Part shown: piece after piece, positions 25,351 through 38,780 of the stretch
How positions within the stretch are numbered: position 1 is the stretch's first letter
Layout: each line of letters begins with the position of its first letter
From: Tubiluchus corallicola
Lineage: Eukaryota; Animalia; Priapulida
NCBI GenBank assembly: GCA_030141605.1
Contig: JAQGDQ010000648.1
Coordinates: 1 to 64,000 of the forward strand
Direction of reading: 5' to 3'
Length of the DNA stretch: 64,000 nucleotides
The notes under the pieces: generated by a model
Told to the model about the DNA's origin: nothing
What the model saw: the letters and a program-made list of their open reading frames with translations, nothing else
Database searches by the model: none
Translations under genes and position numbers: made by a program

Positions 25351-26028
25351 TTTAAAGTTGATGTGATCATCCAATTAAAACCTTAGTTATCAACAGCAAT
25401 GAAGTTGATCAGGACTATTATTTACTTTGATACTATTATTGATTAGTTCAAGCTGTTTAAATTCATACAGGCCTCTCCAAGTTCATCATTAGCCATTTGC
25501 TTTTCGGCCTTGATTCACACAGTTTAGTAGCAGTATGTATTACTCTCCTAACTCAGTAATTTGGTTTTGTTGACCTATTGCTACATTGTAACTATAATTG
25601 ATAATCTGAATATATCAACAGTTTATAAAATGGACGATTACACTATAATAGTGCTTTAATACTTACCGTTTTAATTCGTAAAATAAATATTAACAAGGCC
25701 TCCTACTAGTATTATTGTCCTTTGATTATGGCCCAATATATGATTAATATGGCATATACAAGTTCTAATAATATGATAACTTGATTTCAGTTTTTAGCCG
25801 GGTTGAAAATTTAGTGTATTACATAACTTCTCTCATATTCAGTTTAAACATCTGTTTTGTTGTACTCATCTGTATTATGTACTCATCTTGACTCGCTGCA
25901 AACGTGGCTGGCTGGCTAGCTTTATTTGCTAGCATATTTTTTACACATTTATACTTACACTCCTTTAACGATATTTTCTTCTACTTTTCTACTTTTTTTA
26001 TTTTTTCTATTCTCTAATCTCTTTAATT

Positions 26029-27110
26029 TTGATTTTCCCTGGGCTTTTGATGGCACCTGTAAACAGATTCTGTCCAATATGTGATAAATGTATTCGACGT
26101 AACCAGCGGGCATTGAACTACGACTGTTGCGGCAAAACTATTCATATCAAATGTACTTATTTTTCGTTAACAGATAAAATACCAGCTCCTGGAGATGTCT
26201 GGTTTTGCCACGTCTGCTTGCAAAACTTATTCCCTTATAATAATATTATAGACGATAATGAATTTGAATTTGCTGTCAGATCTTCAATAAATTACTCTAT
26301 CCTGGAAGATTTTAAGTATAATTTGGATATTTTTGAAAATCAATTTGGGGATAATTTTAATAGCTTAGATGAAATTGATCCTGACTTACAATTCTTTAAC
26401 AATTCTAACCAGTTACCAAAAAGCAAATATTTCCACATTGAACAATTCTCATTGATGTATTTAAATATACGTTACAATAATAGCTTCTCTATGATTCATA
26501 TGAATATACGTAGTTTGGCAGCGAACTATGATTATTTCACGGCACTCCTACATTTGTTGAAAGTTAACTTCTCAGTCATAGGATTATCAGAGACCTGGCT
26601 TCATTCTAAATCTCCTGATTTTTCCAACTTGCCAGGTTACAGTTTTGTTAATAGAAATCGAGAATATAAAAAAGGAGGTGGTGTAGGTTTATACGTCAGT
26701 AATAATATTAATTATTCAGTAAGAAATGATCTCAGCGTCAGTAATGAGATCTTAGAAACAGTTTTCATTGAAATACATGTTAGCAAAGCTACAAATATAA
26801 TAGTGGGTTCTGTTTACAGACCACCTGGTTAAGATCCTGGTGGTTATCTAATTTATTGTCTACTGTAACCCGTCATAAGAAACAAATTTTCATTCTTGGT
26901 AACTTCAATATTAATTTGTTAGCCTTCTCAACCCATGAAGCTATATCTGATTTTTTAAACACTATGATCTCTAATAGTATTTTTCCTATAATTACCTTAC
27001 CTACACGTATAACGCCTAATAGTTCAACATTGATAGACAATATTTTTACCAGTGTAATTGAACATAAATTCAAATCTGGTAATTTACTTTTTGACATTAC
27101 TGATAATTGT
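26029..27110 (+). mobile_element. CR1-clade LINE ORF2 5' part (PHD finger + apurinic-like endonuclease), truncated before RT
   Basis: CPICDKCIRRNQRAL...HIKC...WFCHVCLQNLFPY, IDPD, HMNIRSL, IGLSETWL, GGGVGLYV, SVYRPP, LGNFNINLL, PTRITPNSSTLIDNIF. Stop plus frameshift near 26830. Confidence 0.9.
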
Positions 27111-28399
27111 AACATTAATTACTGAGATTGTAACATTAATTACTGAGTAACTGACATAACTGAGAATTGTTGAGAAAAATAGGCTGTTATAAGACGAAAA
27201 CTCCTTGCACAAACTAACACTATGTTGTTGTATAGCAAAAAATTGTGCTAGCATTGTTGAAATCAATGACATGACTGGTTGAAAGCTCATGATAGGCAAT
27301 GCTACTTTTAGGTTTTTGAAACTAGGCCAATAGTATTTAATAAAACAACAACAATTGCACGTATTGAAACAACCACAAAACCTTCAAATATTTAGGCGTA
27401 TCATTTTCTAATCATTAAAAATAAATTCTCGGAATCATTTTAACCCGCATCTAACGAATTAAAAGACAGAGAAATATTACAAAAAACAATAAAGGGAAAA
27501 TTACAGAATATTAAAAGAATGGCTTAAATAGCTTCGCATACATTGTTTATTGAAACAGTAAAGCATCATAAACGAAAAAAGCTTCCTATTAGACAGCGCT
27601 TACGTGTATATTGAAAGAATTAGCCACTGAAGACAAGCAGCATGTCTTAAATAATTGTGAAAAACATGAAAAGAATTTTGACCAATATTTCAAGCATGTG
27701 TTCCTGACTTTACAACTTTGAGCTAATTTATGAAATAAATGTTATGAAATAGAATTTAAAATTCATACAATTTGTTTGTTAAATTCTTATAAACTTCAGA
27801 GAGTTGTATTCAACGACTGAACTTATGTTTACACAATGATCCTAAGCGTTGGTACGTGAAAACAAGACGCAAGTCAATGTCCCATACAAACCCATACCAA
27901 CACAATTCTGCAATTTCGCGCCTAAATAACTCGTTTAATTTACGTATTGGTTCATCTCACAATACCAGCTATTCAGACGCAGTTAAGAAACCTGGTCTTC
28001 TCCCAACGCCAGTACTTAACGACCCACAGCGAACCTACTCCGTTTCGAAAAGGAGAGAGCCATCTGAACGAAGCAGTTTGTACTACACAGAATCGGCTAA
28101 AGCTCATTATCCTAATAAATGTTCTACAACACTGCCAAGCCAAAATGAACCGCTGTTGTTAACTCAGGAACCAGTTCTAAAATCCGAGATTGAAAACATA
28201 CTAACCAAAGCCTTTAAAGAGCTTATCTCCAAGTTCATATAGGCCTAGTATCGTTTAGCTTGGTTTTAGACATTACTTTGAACTTTAAAGCTAGTCTGCG
28301 TATACCTGTTATAAAACTCTTTTTTTACTATTCTATTATGATTTTAATGATGACACTGAATAACAGAAAATTTTTAGCACTGCTGCTAGTGAATTTTTA

Positions 28400-28860
28400 C
28401 ATAATATGGCAAAATAGGCCAATCCATCCTAACTCGTGTAAAGATTATAACGTAACAATTGTGTATACTAGTATTATAATAACAATTATCTCACCCACGT
28501 TATTACATAATAGGAAATATTTACTTCTTATAGTACTGTATTCTATACAAGCCCTTTTACTCACAACCGATATTAGTATCCTTATGATCGTTCTAAAATT
28601 AATTTACCACGCATGTGTAACGTTTTACTGTGTAAGCTTGATACTATGCTGCTGTATTACTGCAAAAAAAACTGCAAGTTAAAGTTATTTTATTTGTGTT
28701 AATAGGTACATTTTGGAAACCATACGAATTTACTTCTTGTATCATAGTTGATATTTCTAACGTATCTTATCATAAAATTACTAAATTTATTTGTGATTAT
28801 GGGAGCCTTTGTATATTTAACGCCAAATATCAAACAGTTAAGTTCTTTTGTAACTATGCT
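28400..28860 (-). mobile_element. Degraded LINE RT C-terminal remnants
   Basis: Minus strand reads NINYDTRSK (similar to H.YNTR) and LHELGW. Confidence 0.35.
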
Positions 28861-29079
28861 TACGTCTTAGTTATACTACGTACATTACTGTCCATACTAA
28901 AACTGAAAATGATGTACGTAACAGTAATTTGTAATGTAATGACTAAAGGTAATTTAAACAACTTTTTCATTGCTTTTCCTGTAAATAGCGATAGAATAAG
29001 ACACTCTATGCAATTTATTTTAAAAAGATTTGTATCCATCTTAAAAGTTGTGTATTTCAGTGCTATAAGACAAATGCGT

Positions 29080-29940
29080 CGTGTCAATCTAAAATACGTA
29101 GCTCTAAAAAAAATTGGAAATAGAAGGAAATTTCTTCACAAACGTCTTGATGCTTTACATTTTGCACCAAACAGTCCCTTTTTCTTTCCACACTCAATAT
29201 AAAATATAAATAATTATAAAAACACGTAACATTATAATGATCATTTCCACCACAACAACAGCTCATACCAATCTCACTACACCACACCTCACTGCATTGT
29301 AAATCACATTTACAAAATTATTACGACTAATGTTGTTGGCTTTTTCAGGTAATGCTCTTCAAAGTCATAAATATTGCATTGAAGTGAAATTAATCAAATA
29401 TTTTTTTAACTTCTTCACAGTCAAGTAAACTGCATCGCTTCTTTACCATTAACTTGCCTAGTTAAACTACAGACCTGTTTATTTAGTCCCTTATTTATAT
29501 TCTCCATTAGCAATAAATTTGGAGTCACCTGAGTCATTGATAAAGGCTAGTAAAAAAACAAGATTCTTACTCTTCTTTGACGTATATATGAACCATCTTG
29601 TTGAGTAACACAAAAGAAACAGATCATTGTAAGTTGGCAACTTGTAACTTGCTGAAGAATCAAAGTACTGATTAACAGCAAAAACAAACATGGGCATGTT
29701 TGATATTGATGTTGCAAAGTGGGTTTCATTAGAACCAGCCTTGGAGCTAAAACGGCAAAAGAGCTGCGGACAGACAACCAATTTCCCAACAAAAGTTATT
29801 ATAGTTTTTAATTCACATAAATTGGCGTAGTGAATTATGAAAAAAATATGTGCATGGAATCCTGGCAATTTTGTTGGATAATAAAGAATTGATTTATACT
29901 ACTTTTTAAACGTGCTACACCACACAACTACAACTATGAC
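29080..29940 (-). pseudogene. Heavily decayed second GT8 (GXYLT-like) relic
   Basis: Manual minus-strand translation gives, in GXYLT order: VIVVVVWC..., KSILYY..PGFHAHIF, NDLFLL...W, GLNKQV..LTR (similar to GLNSGV.LMNLTR), FD*FHFNAIF (similar to GDQDLLNIIF), FGAKCK and FRATY (similar to YGSNC / FRAVY). Multiple stops. Confidence 0.4.
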
Positions 29941-30654
29941 AAGAGCGGTGTAAAGACTTTGCAAATTAATTTTGCAGATTTTTGTTAATTTATATGTAGT
30001 TATAGTGCTGTAGAATAAATGTGTTGGCTATGTTAAACTCATTATGGTAAATACATGTTAATGATAATTTTTATTTTTCTGTTTTTCTTTAGCTTTTATA
30101 AATTGTGATTTGCAATTAATAAGCACTCACTGACCATTTACTGGACCTAGTTCTCACTAAACTAAAAGATTTTTTGACAACAATGGTCAAATGGAAAACT
30201 ACTGCTGTTACCACTGCACTCGTAATAAAATGATTATCATTTTTCTGAAAATTTTTAGCAATGCCTTTTCAGCATGTAGTAAAACTACTTTTTTCAATAT
30301 CAAAACAATAGCGCGAACAGTAAAGGAAAATATTAGTGAATTCATTCAGTTCATTTTTTATCTGTTGTTTTTCTTGCACCTAGTTTGGTTTCTCAACCAT
30401 CTTCCTGGCGTCTCTTCCAGGTGCGACGTATTTGCAAAAGTAACTTTAAATTTGAGAAATAATAAAATATGCATGGAAAAATGTTTATCCTAATTAAATA
30501 AACTACAAATAATGATGATTGTTAATATTGATTTGTCATGGTTTCGTTTGTTTGTTTTGTTGAGTTTTATTTGTTAACTGTTGTTCAACAGGCAAGCTGA
30601 TGTTCTGCAAAATTAACTTGCAAAGACAATCTACATACATGAATCCCAAAATAC

Positions 30655-31210
30655 AGATTCCCCTGTATGATCAGACAAATCTGCATGCGTCAAACATCAA
30701 TATTCCATGTACATTTAGCCTGTTATGTAATTCTTTACAGCTACAATAATTGTTTGCCACTTTTAGATAAGACGCTGTTATAAACAATAGTTTACAATAA
30801 AGAAGAAAGAAGAAACTAGCCTACAATAAAATACATGCTGTACAAGTTCGTCTTATTTGTGTTGTCCTAAGAAAAGGCTTACTTCTGGAAGTTCTAAGAA
30901 TACACCTCCAATCGATCCATGTGCCTAGCTGCTCCCAAACTCGGTACGGACGAGTTTACAATGTTGAACAAAGAATTTCTGAACATGAAGCTTCCAACGT
31001 TCTTGCCATTTTGCTGGTTGAAAAGTCTGTGTAAAAGTTCAGACAAGGTATAAATACCCTCGCTCAGCATGAGGGAAAATCATCTCTTCCATGTTAACCA
31101 TCTCGTCCAAGATTATCAAATACTTGAAGTTCAACATATTACAACAGAAGCTGCTATTAACTGAAGACAATCGTGCAGCAGTTCTGAACCGAAATGGCCT
31201 CTTTATAGCC
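30655..31210 (-). pseudogene. Decayed GT92 (beta-1,4-galactosyltransferase galt-1-like) relic
   Basis: Manual translation gives FRTAARLSSVNSSFCCNMLNFKYLIILDE..EEMIFP, then after a frameshift TLSELLHRLFNQQNGKNVGSFMFRNSLF. This matches the GT92 pattern 'IRTEG.FAALNDCLYR.M..FKY...D.DE.I.P...TL.ELL..L.....GSF.F.N.FF'. Confidence 0.6.
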
Positions 31211-31249
31211 GTCGTCTTTAATTACTATGGTCACTAGTACCAATTATCA

Positions 31250-33082
31250 TGTAATATTATGTAATATTAATCTCTCTAATTAATATTGATTCTTATCTCT
31301 CGCTCGTGATCGTATAACACGTGACCTAAGACACACGACTCATTTAAAAGTGATTTGCCTCCCTTACATTAATTGCTATAAGGTTATTCACAACCTGGCT
31401 ACTAGAGCTTAAGATAAAATCTATAGAGCAATGATAATTTCTCACAAGATTGTTTCTATGACTCCGCGTTGTAAAAAGAGTCTTAATCTCCAAAGCTTTC
31501 TGGCAAAAGTTCCCGCAATTGAACTCGTAAATTACTTAATGTACACAGCAAATCTCCAGATTCGTTTACAGAATTTAATGTTGCTTAACTGAAACACCTA
31601 TAAGCATACTCAAACTATTCATTTAAGTTAAAGTGTAATCCATTTATTGTTTACAACAATTACTCTTGTTTACAACAAGTCAACTAATATTACAATATTT
31701 GATCTTAATCGCCAAAGACGCTCACAATTTATAATTAGCTCCCAGAGATACTAAACAGATTCACTTAACTTTTTCCTCGCTTCCCACTTAAGGTGCTAAT
31801 TTACAATGTGAAACATATGATTACAATCAACTACACGTTACGCTTAAGGTGTCTATTACACTGTGAATTTACTATGCAGAGTTGCTCTCAAGTTACGATA
31901 CGTTAAGATAACTTAACTTGGTGGAATGACCAATGATGACGGTTCAATTGGTCAATTCCAAATCCGTTGCAAGACTTGATTCATAGATCCAGTGCTCAAC
32001 AGTTGAGTATGTAGATTCAATGTCCACGCTGGTTTTACGTTGTCTTTGCTTCTTCAGTCTCTTCTCTCTCGGCACGTGGAGAAACCCACAACCACTCAGT
32101 TCCAACTCCTCGCGGCCTCTCTCTGTTCCTCAAGATCTCTTTATGTACCCACGCGGAGATTTCATCATATTGCGTCCTAACGCTGCAATCTGCCGCAACC
32201 CGCGTCCACTATAGCGGTAATGCCATATTGTTGCAATAGTTCAAAGGTCACCCTGGGCTTGTAAGTTTTATAACCACCCAGGTGTTTTCCTAACACAGCT
32301 CCTTGCATGAGAAAACCGCTATTTGACTCTCCATCCATTCAGCATCTAACTTCCCAAGATTTCTCTTCGCTTCACGGGCAATAAACTCCGTTCACGAAAG
32401 AACCACTTTCTGCTTCTTCACAATTAGTTCAGCAACTCCGCATAATATAACATGAGTTTTATTATCTAACCGTGCAATGTTATAAAAATCAAGCTCCGCT
32501 TCCTCTAACTAAACACCTGCAATTTCTACGCTCTCTTAAATAAACACCTGTGACAACTTTTACTTTCTAAATGAACGCCTATTCTATTCCTTGTAAACCC
32601 AAACTCTTGTCACGATAATTTCTTGCCTTACATTAAATATATGCTTTACCAGCTAAGTGAGTTCCCATATTCTATTAATAAATTTATCTAATCCAATTAG
32701 GAGGTCTCTTTATCAACAAAATCTAATGAAGTTGATAACTCCATTAATTAATCACTTAATTCATGATTCCGAAATTTATTCATAACATCTTTTCCGGTGG
32801 CTTAAGCACGTCCTTGTGCGTAACGTTTGCCTCGCGTAAGCTCCTTTTAGCGATACGCACGTAATTACTTGTTGCGTATGACGACACGACCCGATTCCCA
32901 TTTTAAAATTTAAATTTAAATTTGTAAAATTACTTATTTGTTCAATGAGTTAAAAAACTATTACATATTACACAAAAATGCACACGTTAGTATAAATTAT
33001 TACTGTCATAATTCTTTATTTATATATTACTATAAATACATACATATATATATATGCGCCCTCTAATTGCAGGGCTATAACA
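31250..33082 (-). mobile_element. Long solo LTR-like element (copy B, ~1.8 kb)
   Basis: TGT...ACA termini (tgtaatatta at 31250/31260; ggctataaca ending 33082). Homologous in inverse orientation to 12900-14427, with no coding capacity. TSD not confirmed. Confidence 0.55.
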
Positions 33083-33449
33083 GTTAGCAGTATTTGCATT
33101 TCATATATAGCAACTTACAATAGCTACGCTAACATGGTATTAATATTATTACCTTCCTAACTGACATTGACATCAATTTTATAAAATTAATTAATCCAAT
33201 TTGGTTAGTGACAAGATAAAATTATCAAACAAGATAATGACAAAGTTAATTAAAATCACATTATCACGACAAGTTAACATATAATTAACGTCCTGGTGCT
33301 GTAAAACGCGTGCTCGTTTAATGCGACTTACGAATTTGCAATTAAACAACAGATGATGTTGGGTTTGCCTCCCCTCAAAACGCTGGCAATATTATTGTTT
33401 CATAACCTATAATGAACAGAAAATCATTAAAATTGCCTTGACCTGTTAG

Positions 33450-35610
33450 AAATGTACAGACTAAAACCTCAAGTTTTCTATTATCTCTTTGTACTGGAAT
33501 ATTCAAGGGAGTTGTACTTAAAGAATATGGATAAACTGGAGATGCCCCAGAAAGATATCTGTTGCGACGCTTACATTTCCATATTGCTAATATATAATTA
33601 TCAATAACACTATTATTATATATAATGACTGTTTATTGAATGTATGCTTTTAATGAATATTTAATTTCTCGTAAATCTAAATTTCGGGCAGTAAAATCTT
33701 TAGTTACTCTTAAAAATTCATTAGCCGCCAATAAAGCCAAACGTAAAAAGTGCCTGTTTAGAGGTATAAGACTGTTATTTAGTCAAAACAAATTTAATTT
33801 TACTGGATCACTGTTCGGTATTGACAAATTTTTTAAGATAAATTTCATTGCTAAGCATTTCCACATAATCTGTAAAGGCGGTAATCCACATATTAACTCC
33901 AACTTATCACGGTATGGGTAGATGCGACAACCTGTGGCAGTTTTCATAACATCATAAATTAGGTCGTCAAAAAACTCATATTTACCAGCCATCCAAGCAG
34001 TCGCACCGGATAAAATAATAGGTAATACCAGTGCTTTAAACGATGCAATTACTGCAATCAAACTAAAACCTATTTATAACAGCTAAATATTTATTTATAA
34101 CCGCATTTGTCAGAGGCACTTTCGCAAGTATATCAAATGTCTGGGAGAAGCTGATAGGGTTCTCTTCTAAATGTAATAAAAAATCTTTTGATTTTGTTTA
34201 TTCATTGGTTCGATTCATTCCAAAATAAAATCACAACTGAACTTTTTTAGAATTTTTGTTTCGTTTTGCTGAATAGACATTTTGTAGCTGTTTAAGCCAG
34301 TTCAAGCATGGTTTGTGCTCTTTTATAATTTGTTTAACGCTCAATGCATTGTTTATTTTTATAACGTGACAACAAGCAATAATAATTTTGCATAAATTTC
34401 GTGTATACTGTACAAACTGTTTCTAAGTGTTTCTAAGTATCTAATACCCAGTGGTATTGAAATCGTTCACTTCATGAAGCGTAGCTATACATTAATAGAC
34501 ACAACATAATCCTGCTCCAAATCATTGGTGATTATAATCTGGCTCTTTTAACTCAGTTGAAATATTTTGCCACTCTTTCAATGGTACTCCAGCGTGGTGG
34601 TTTAATTTTGGAAAGATATAACATTGAATTTTATTGTCTGTATGCGTTGTCAGTATTTGCTAAGCATCTCTTTGCAATTCTTTCCCGGGTAGTTTCAGGG
34701 AGGCATCTTAAACAAAGCAAAAAAATTTCCTGCAGCCTACTGACATTCTTGTCTATATTTGCTTAGCATCTCTTCGTAATTCTTTCACTGGGAGTTGAAG
34801 CATGACAGCTTAACTTAACGAAAAGCTCTGCAATCTATTGATATTCTTGTCTGTATTTGCTAAGCGTCATTTCTTAACTCTTTCCCTGGGAGTTCCTTTT
34901 TATCAGCTCAACAAAACAAAAAAAGCTTCTCCCGTCTATTGATAATATTGTCTGTCTTTTAACTCATTCTTTCCAGTATTTAAACAGTGTGAGACAAGTT
35001 TACTTAAGAATTCTGAAATCTGGGAAACACAAAGAAGTGAAACTATTCATACATGTTTTAACACAAATATAGACGTTTTGAATTTGAAAGGGTCTTTGTT
35101 AGGTGTGATCTTGAAAAATATTTATACAGACTTTCTGATAACGAATCAGCCTCTGCGAATTCTATTTGCAAAACTTCTTTTACGCGATGTTTTATCCTCC
35201 TAAGATGTGTGAGTTTAGTTTATTTACTCAAATTTTTGCAGAGATTCCTGGGTATTATTATTTTTGTGAGTAATAAAATTTTATACGAATGTTTTACGAT
35301 AAATACTTAACGTTGTCATGTAATATTTGATGTAGTTTTAATTGTCCAGCCCCAAGAGGATAAATTCTTTATTAGGTAGAGTGGAGTAAAAGGAACTATA
35401 AAATATACAGGAGGTCCGGTCATACTTCGCACTTACACGCAGGACGTCTCTCATAGATCAGGGGCCATGGCACTGCTATCCATATATTATTTTTACTGTG
35501 ATTTAAAGTGTGCTTAACTCTTTCGGCGGCGCCATTTTCCAGATTACCCACTTTAATTTATTGACACAAGAAGATTTTAACTCTGTTTCGGAATTTTGCA
35601 CTTCGTTAAC
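33450..35610 (-). mobile_element. Degraded LINE (RT C-terminus 33450-34300; possible endonuclease scraps 35100-35610)
   Basis: FKALVLPIILSGATAW...MKTATGCR....DKLELICGLPPLQI is typical of the region downstream of RT in I/Jockey-group elements. Interrupted by a local tandem repeat. Confidence 0.6.
34653..34960. repeat. ~100-bp tandem repeat, 3 diverged units
   Basis: Units start (g)tatttgct at ~34653, 34755 and 34853. Same family as 54896-55295. Confidence 0.8.
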
Positions 35611-36194
35611 ATGAACAAAATCTGTTTTAAGATAAATATTGCGGCATCTTGGATTGAAAAGCTCTTTGTAGGAAAGCCTTTGAAGAATATTAAGTATTTG
35701 TGAAATCTCTCAAGTTGTTCAATGTAAAATGCATTGATGAATCTATGTTTACACAGTCAGATATTTGTTCTCGCCGCTTCATTGGTGTTTTTACGTTTGG
35801 CTGATTTACACACAAATTTTACGATGTGAGAAAATATTGTTAAGAGCTCAGAAAAAGCCATTTAGACACGTTTAAAGTCAATATTTAACCTGAATTTAAA
35901 AATTTCTACCGTCGTTCAAGTTAATAATGTTAATGAAATGGCTGTGGATGTCTGTTACATCAGAATAGAAAGCTTGTCTTAATAGTTGTAATGAAAAAGT
36001 TGGCAGGTTTAATGAACAGTTCAATAATAAGGCTATCGAACCATCTTGATTTTCAGGAAAAGTTTTCAAGAAAGAGCGAAAATGCCTCTACTCTCTTTGC
36101 AGGGTGCTGTTGAGCATGAGGAATGGTATTGACTCACACTCCTTTGCAGAAAAACTTTTGATAATTTTACTGGATTGCAGCAGCCTATTGTTAA

Positions 36195-36365
36195 TCCTGT
36201 CCGTAATTACTCGTTTGTAATTTCTTAACTCTTTCCCAGGTGTGGAATGCAGACTTTTGAAATTTAAGTGTGTAAACACTCTGCTATATTTTCTTAACTC
36301 TCTCTGTCAGGTGTGGAAATTCAAGTGTGTAATCACTCTACTATATTTTCTTAATACTTTCCCTA
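36195..36365. repeat. ~65-bp degenerate tandem repeat; inverted relatives at 48460-48670 and 61920-61990
   Basis: Repeated ttcttaactct...caggtgtggaa...aagtgtgtaa.cactct.ctatatt. Confidence 0.65.
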
Positions 36366-36789
36366 GCCCCCCGGGCGGACTTTTTTTTATAGAAAAATGC
36401 TAAAGTTTTCTGATCTTAACACAAACAATGATTCGTCTAAGATAAATATTGTTGCAACTTAGATTTGAAAGCTTTTTGTGCCGAACAGTTATGAAGGAAT
36501 GTTAAATATTGTGAAATCTCTCTAATTGTTCAAAAGTTTCTTGGATGCTGAATCCATGTTTACACAAACTGATATTTCTTCTTTCACAAGATCTGAACTA
36601 TAAACTTAATTGCTCAAGCAATGCTCCACAATAATTTGTTTCTGAAATTATATTATGTTGAAAACATAATTACGATGTTGAAATAAATGTGTCATAAAGC
36701 AGAGATTGTTATGTGACGAAGTCTGGCTCATTATGAAGGGCAACCCTGTAAAATGAGTTACTGAACTGTCAGAAGTGACTAAGCTGCGT

Positions 36790-37200
36790 TATGCCAACTA
36801 GTGAATTGTCGTTTGAAACATCCTCCATCTACAAGGTAAACAGTCAGGATCGCATAGTAAATGAAGCCTACCAAAAAACCAAAACCATGCTCAAAATCAT
36901 AAGTATGAAAACCACATATCACGAATCATTTATGCAAGACATAATTTGTAATGGCCATCAACTGGTCCACAATTTGTATACAAAAAATTCTGTTTGATAG
37001 TGTTATGGCCATTCAAACTTATCTAGTCTCTGTGCAGGCCAAAGATTTGTATGTTATAGTATTATCATTAGATCTATTAAATGTAAAAGAACGACGTATA
37101 ATCGTAATGATCACACAGTCCATTTCTTCTAGGTTTACTTCACACTTGCCACATAAACCTAAATTGAATAAAATAGAGGCTAATTAGGAAATAGAGAGTA
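36790..37200 (+). mobile_element. Penelope-like GIY-YIG endonuclease remnant
   Basis: Across frames: SIYKVN...QKTKT.L, H..HL, INWS, L.VKE..I and HKPKLN, in the canonical order of the Penelope GIY-YIG domain. Confidence 0.5.
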
Positions 37201-37384
37201 GCTTATATAATCTACTTGTGTACCGGTCAGTAAGGGAGAATGTAGAACAGGTATACATGATAGCAAAGGTAACGAATTTTTCTTCGTTACACAACGTCTT
37301 CAGGTTAGGACAATGTCTTCATAGTAATAATTATTATGTTTGATAATTAGCTATACTAGAGTTCTATAATAATCCCGAGATTTA

Positions 37385-37872
37385 GTAAGTAATTAAGCAT
37401 GGTAGTTGCGATAGTTAGCGAAAAAGTGTGATTTCACAGAAAATAAGTAAATAAGTGAGATTGCATAAAAATATGTGCAGTTGTGCATAAAATAAGTAAA
37501 TAAGTAGAGTTGCACAGAATGTAAGTAATTAAGCGTGGTAGTTTTGATAGTTAGCGAAAAAGTGCATTTCACAGAAAACAAGTAAATAATTGGAGTTGCA
37601 CACAATGTAAGTAATTAAGCGCGGTAGTTGTGGTTGTCAGCAAAAAAAGTGCAATTTTTGCAGATAATAAGTAAATAAGTGCGATTGCATAAAAAATATG
37701 TGTGGTTGTGCATAAAATTCATAATTAAGTGCGGTTGTGCAGAAAATAAGTAATTAAGTGCGGTTTTGCAGAATGTAAGTAATTAAGCGCGGTAGTTTCA
37801 ATAATTATCGAAAAAGTGCGATTTCCCAGAAAATAAATAAATAAGTGCAATTGCGTAAAAAATATGTGCGGT
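37385..37872. repeat. Degenerate tandem array (~27-bp subunits, higher-order unit of ~90-170 bp)
   Basis: aagtaattaagc(g/a)(t/c)ggtagtt recurs at ~37387, 37523, 37609 and 37777, with aaataagtaaataagt subunits between them. Confidence 0.85.
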
Positions 37873-38027
37873 TGGGGATACAATATGAAATACATATTAG
37901 AAAAAATACAGTTGATCCAATGCCACCCTCTGATAGCACTGTTTCTATCTTTTCTTTATATAAGATTAGTCTAACACTTTTGTTATTTCTAAAACAGCTT
38001 TACTCCATATTAAGGAATAACATCAGC

Positions 38028-38780
38028 AGAGCTGTGTCACTAAAAATTGTCACACTAGCATTATAGTTATGCTTCAGTGAGTTTACAAATTCGTTAATTC
38101 TTCTAGCAGAATGAAGTTACTTTATCGGACTTATTTTACAAGAAAAGACTTTCATTACCAAGGCCCTCACTTTTGCAGCTTGTATTACTGACAATGTTTT
38201 TAATTAATGCTACAAGAATTTTCACAGTATGCGGTGGGTCTACTTTTGTGCAATGATAACACATCTACTACAATATACTATATTGGAACTATAACTTTCG
38301 ACGGTAGTAAAATATCATCAGCAGAGCTGAGCTAGTTCAATTTTTTCACTCGGGAGAGGGGTACGTGCAGTTCATTGGCGTTTCTCGTGAGATATCAGAT
38401 ACAAAACTGTTACTTGGCTAAAAATATTTCACCAAGTTGTTCACAGGTTAGGCAACTGTAAAATATATGTTTAACTTGATTTTCTTGATATTCCCCCTTT
38501 AAGTGGTTTTGCAAGATCATTAACTACAAGAGGTGTTTTCCCATATTCTCCCTATCCGGGCAAAAACCAGCTAACATTGGGGAAACAGCACTAACATTTT
38601 CTGCACACACCCATCCATTTAGTTGCAAGTTTCGGTAGTGCATAACTGTTATTGTTATCTATTCTTTACGTCACGGCGTTCTCAAGCTATTCTATTATTT
38701 TCAAAAAGTGAAATGCGTGTTTGCCTGTGTGCAGAATTTCCTTTGTCTGTGTGGGTTTAGAATTTCGTTTAGCAAGGCAG
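38028..38780 (+). repeat. Segmental duplicate of 53575-54328 (high identity, direct orientation)
   Basis: Long near-identical runs in both copies, e.g. ggaactataactttcgacggtagtaaaatatcatcagca and gaaacagcactaacattttctgcacacacccatccatttagttg. Confidence 0.95.

Noticed and set aside
27856-28242. 128-aa ORF (SYSDAVKKPGLLPTP)
   Set aside because: It resembles a disordered retroelement ORF1 tail, has a GTG start, and shows no evidence of being a host gene.
28260-29202. Hydrophobic + strand ORFs (140 and 168 aa) as membrane proteins
   Set aside because: Non-ATG starts, AT-rich composition and no family motifs. The opposite strand carries LINE and GT8-like remnants.
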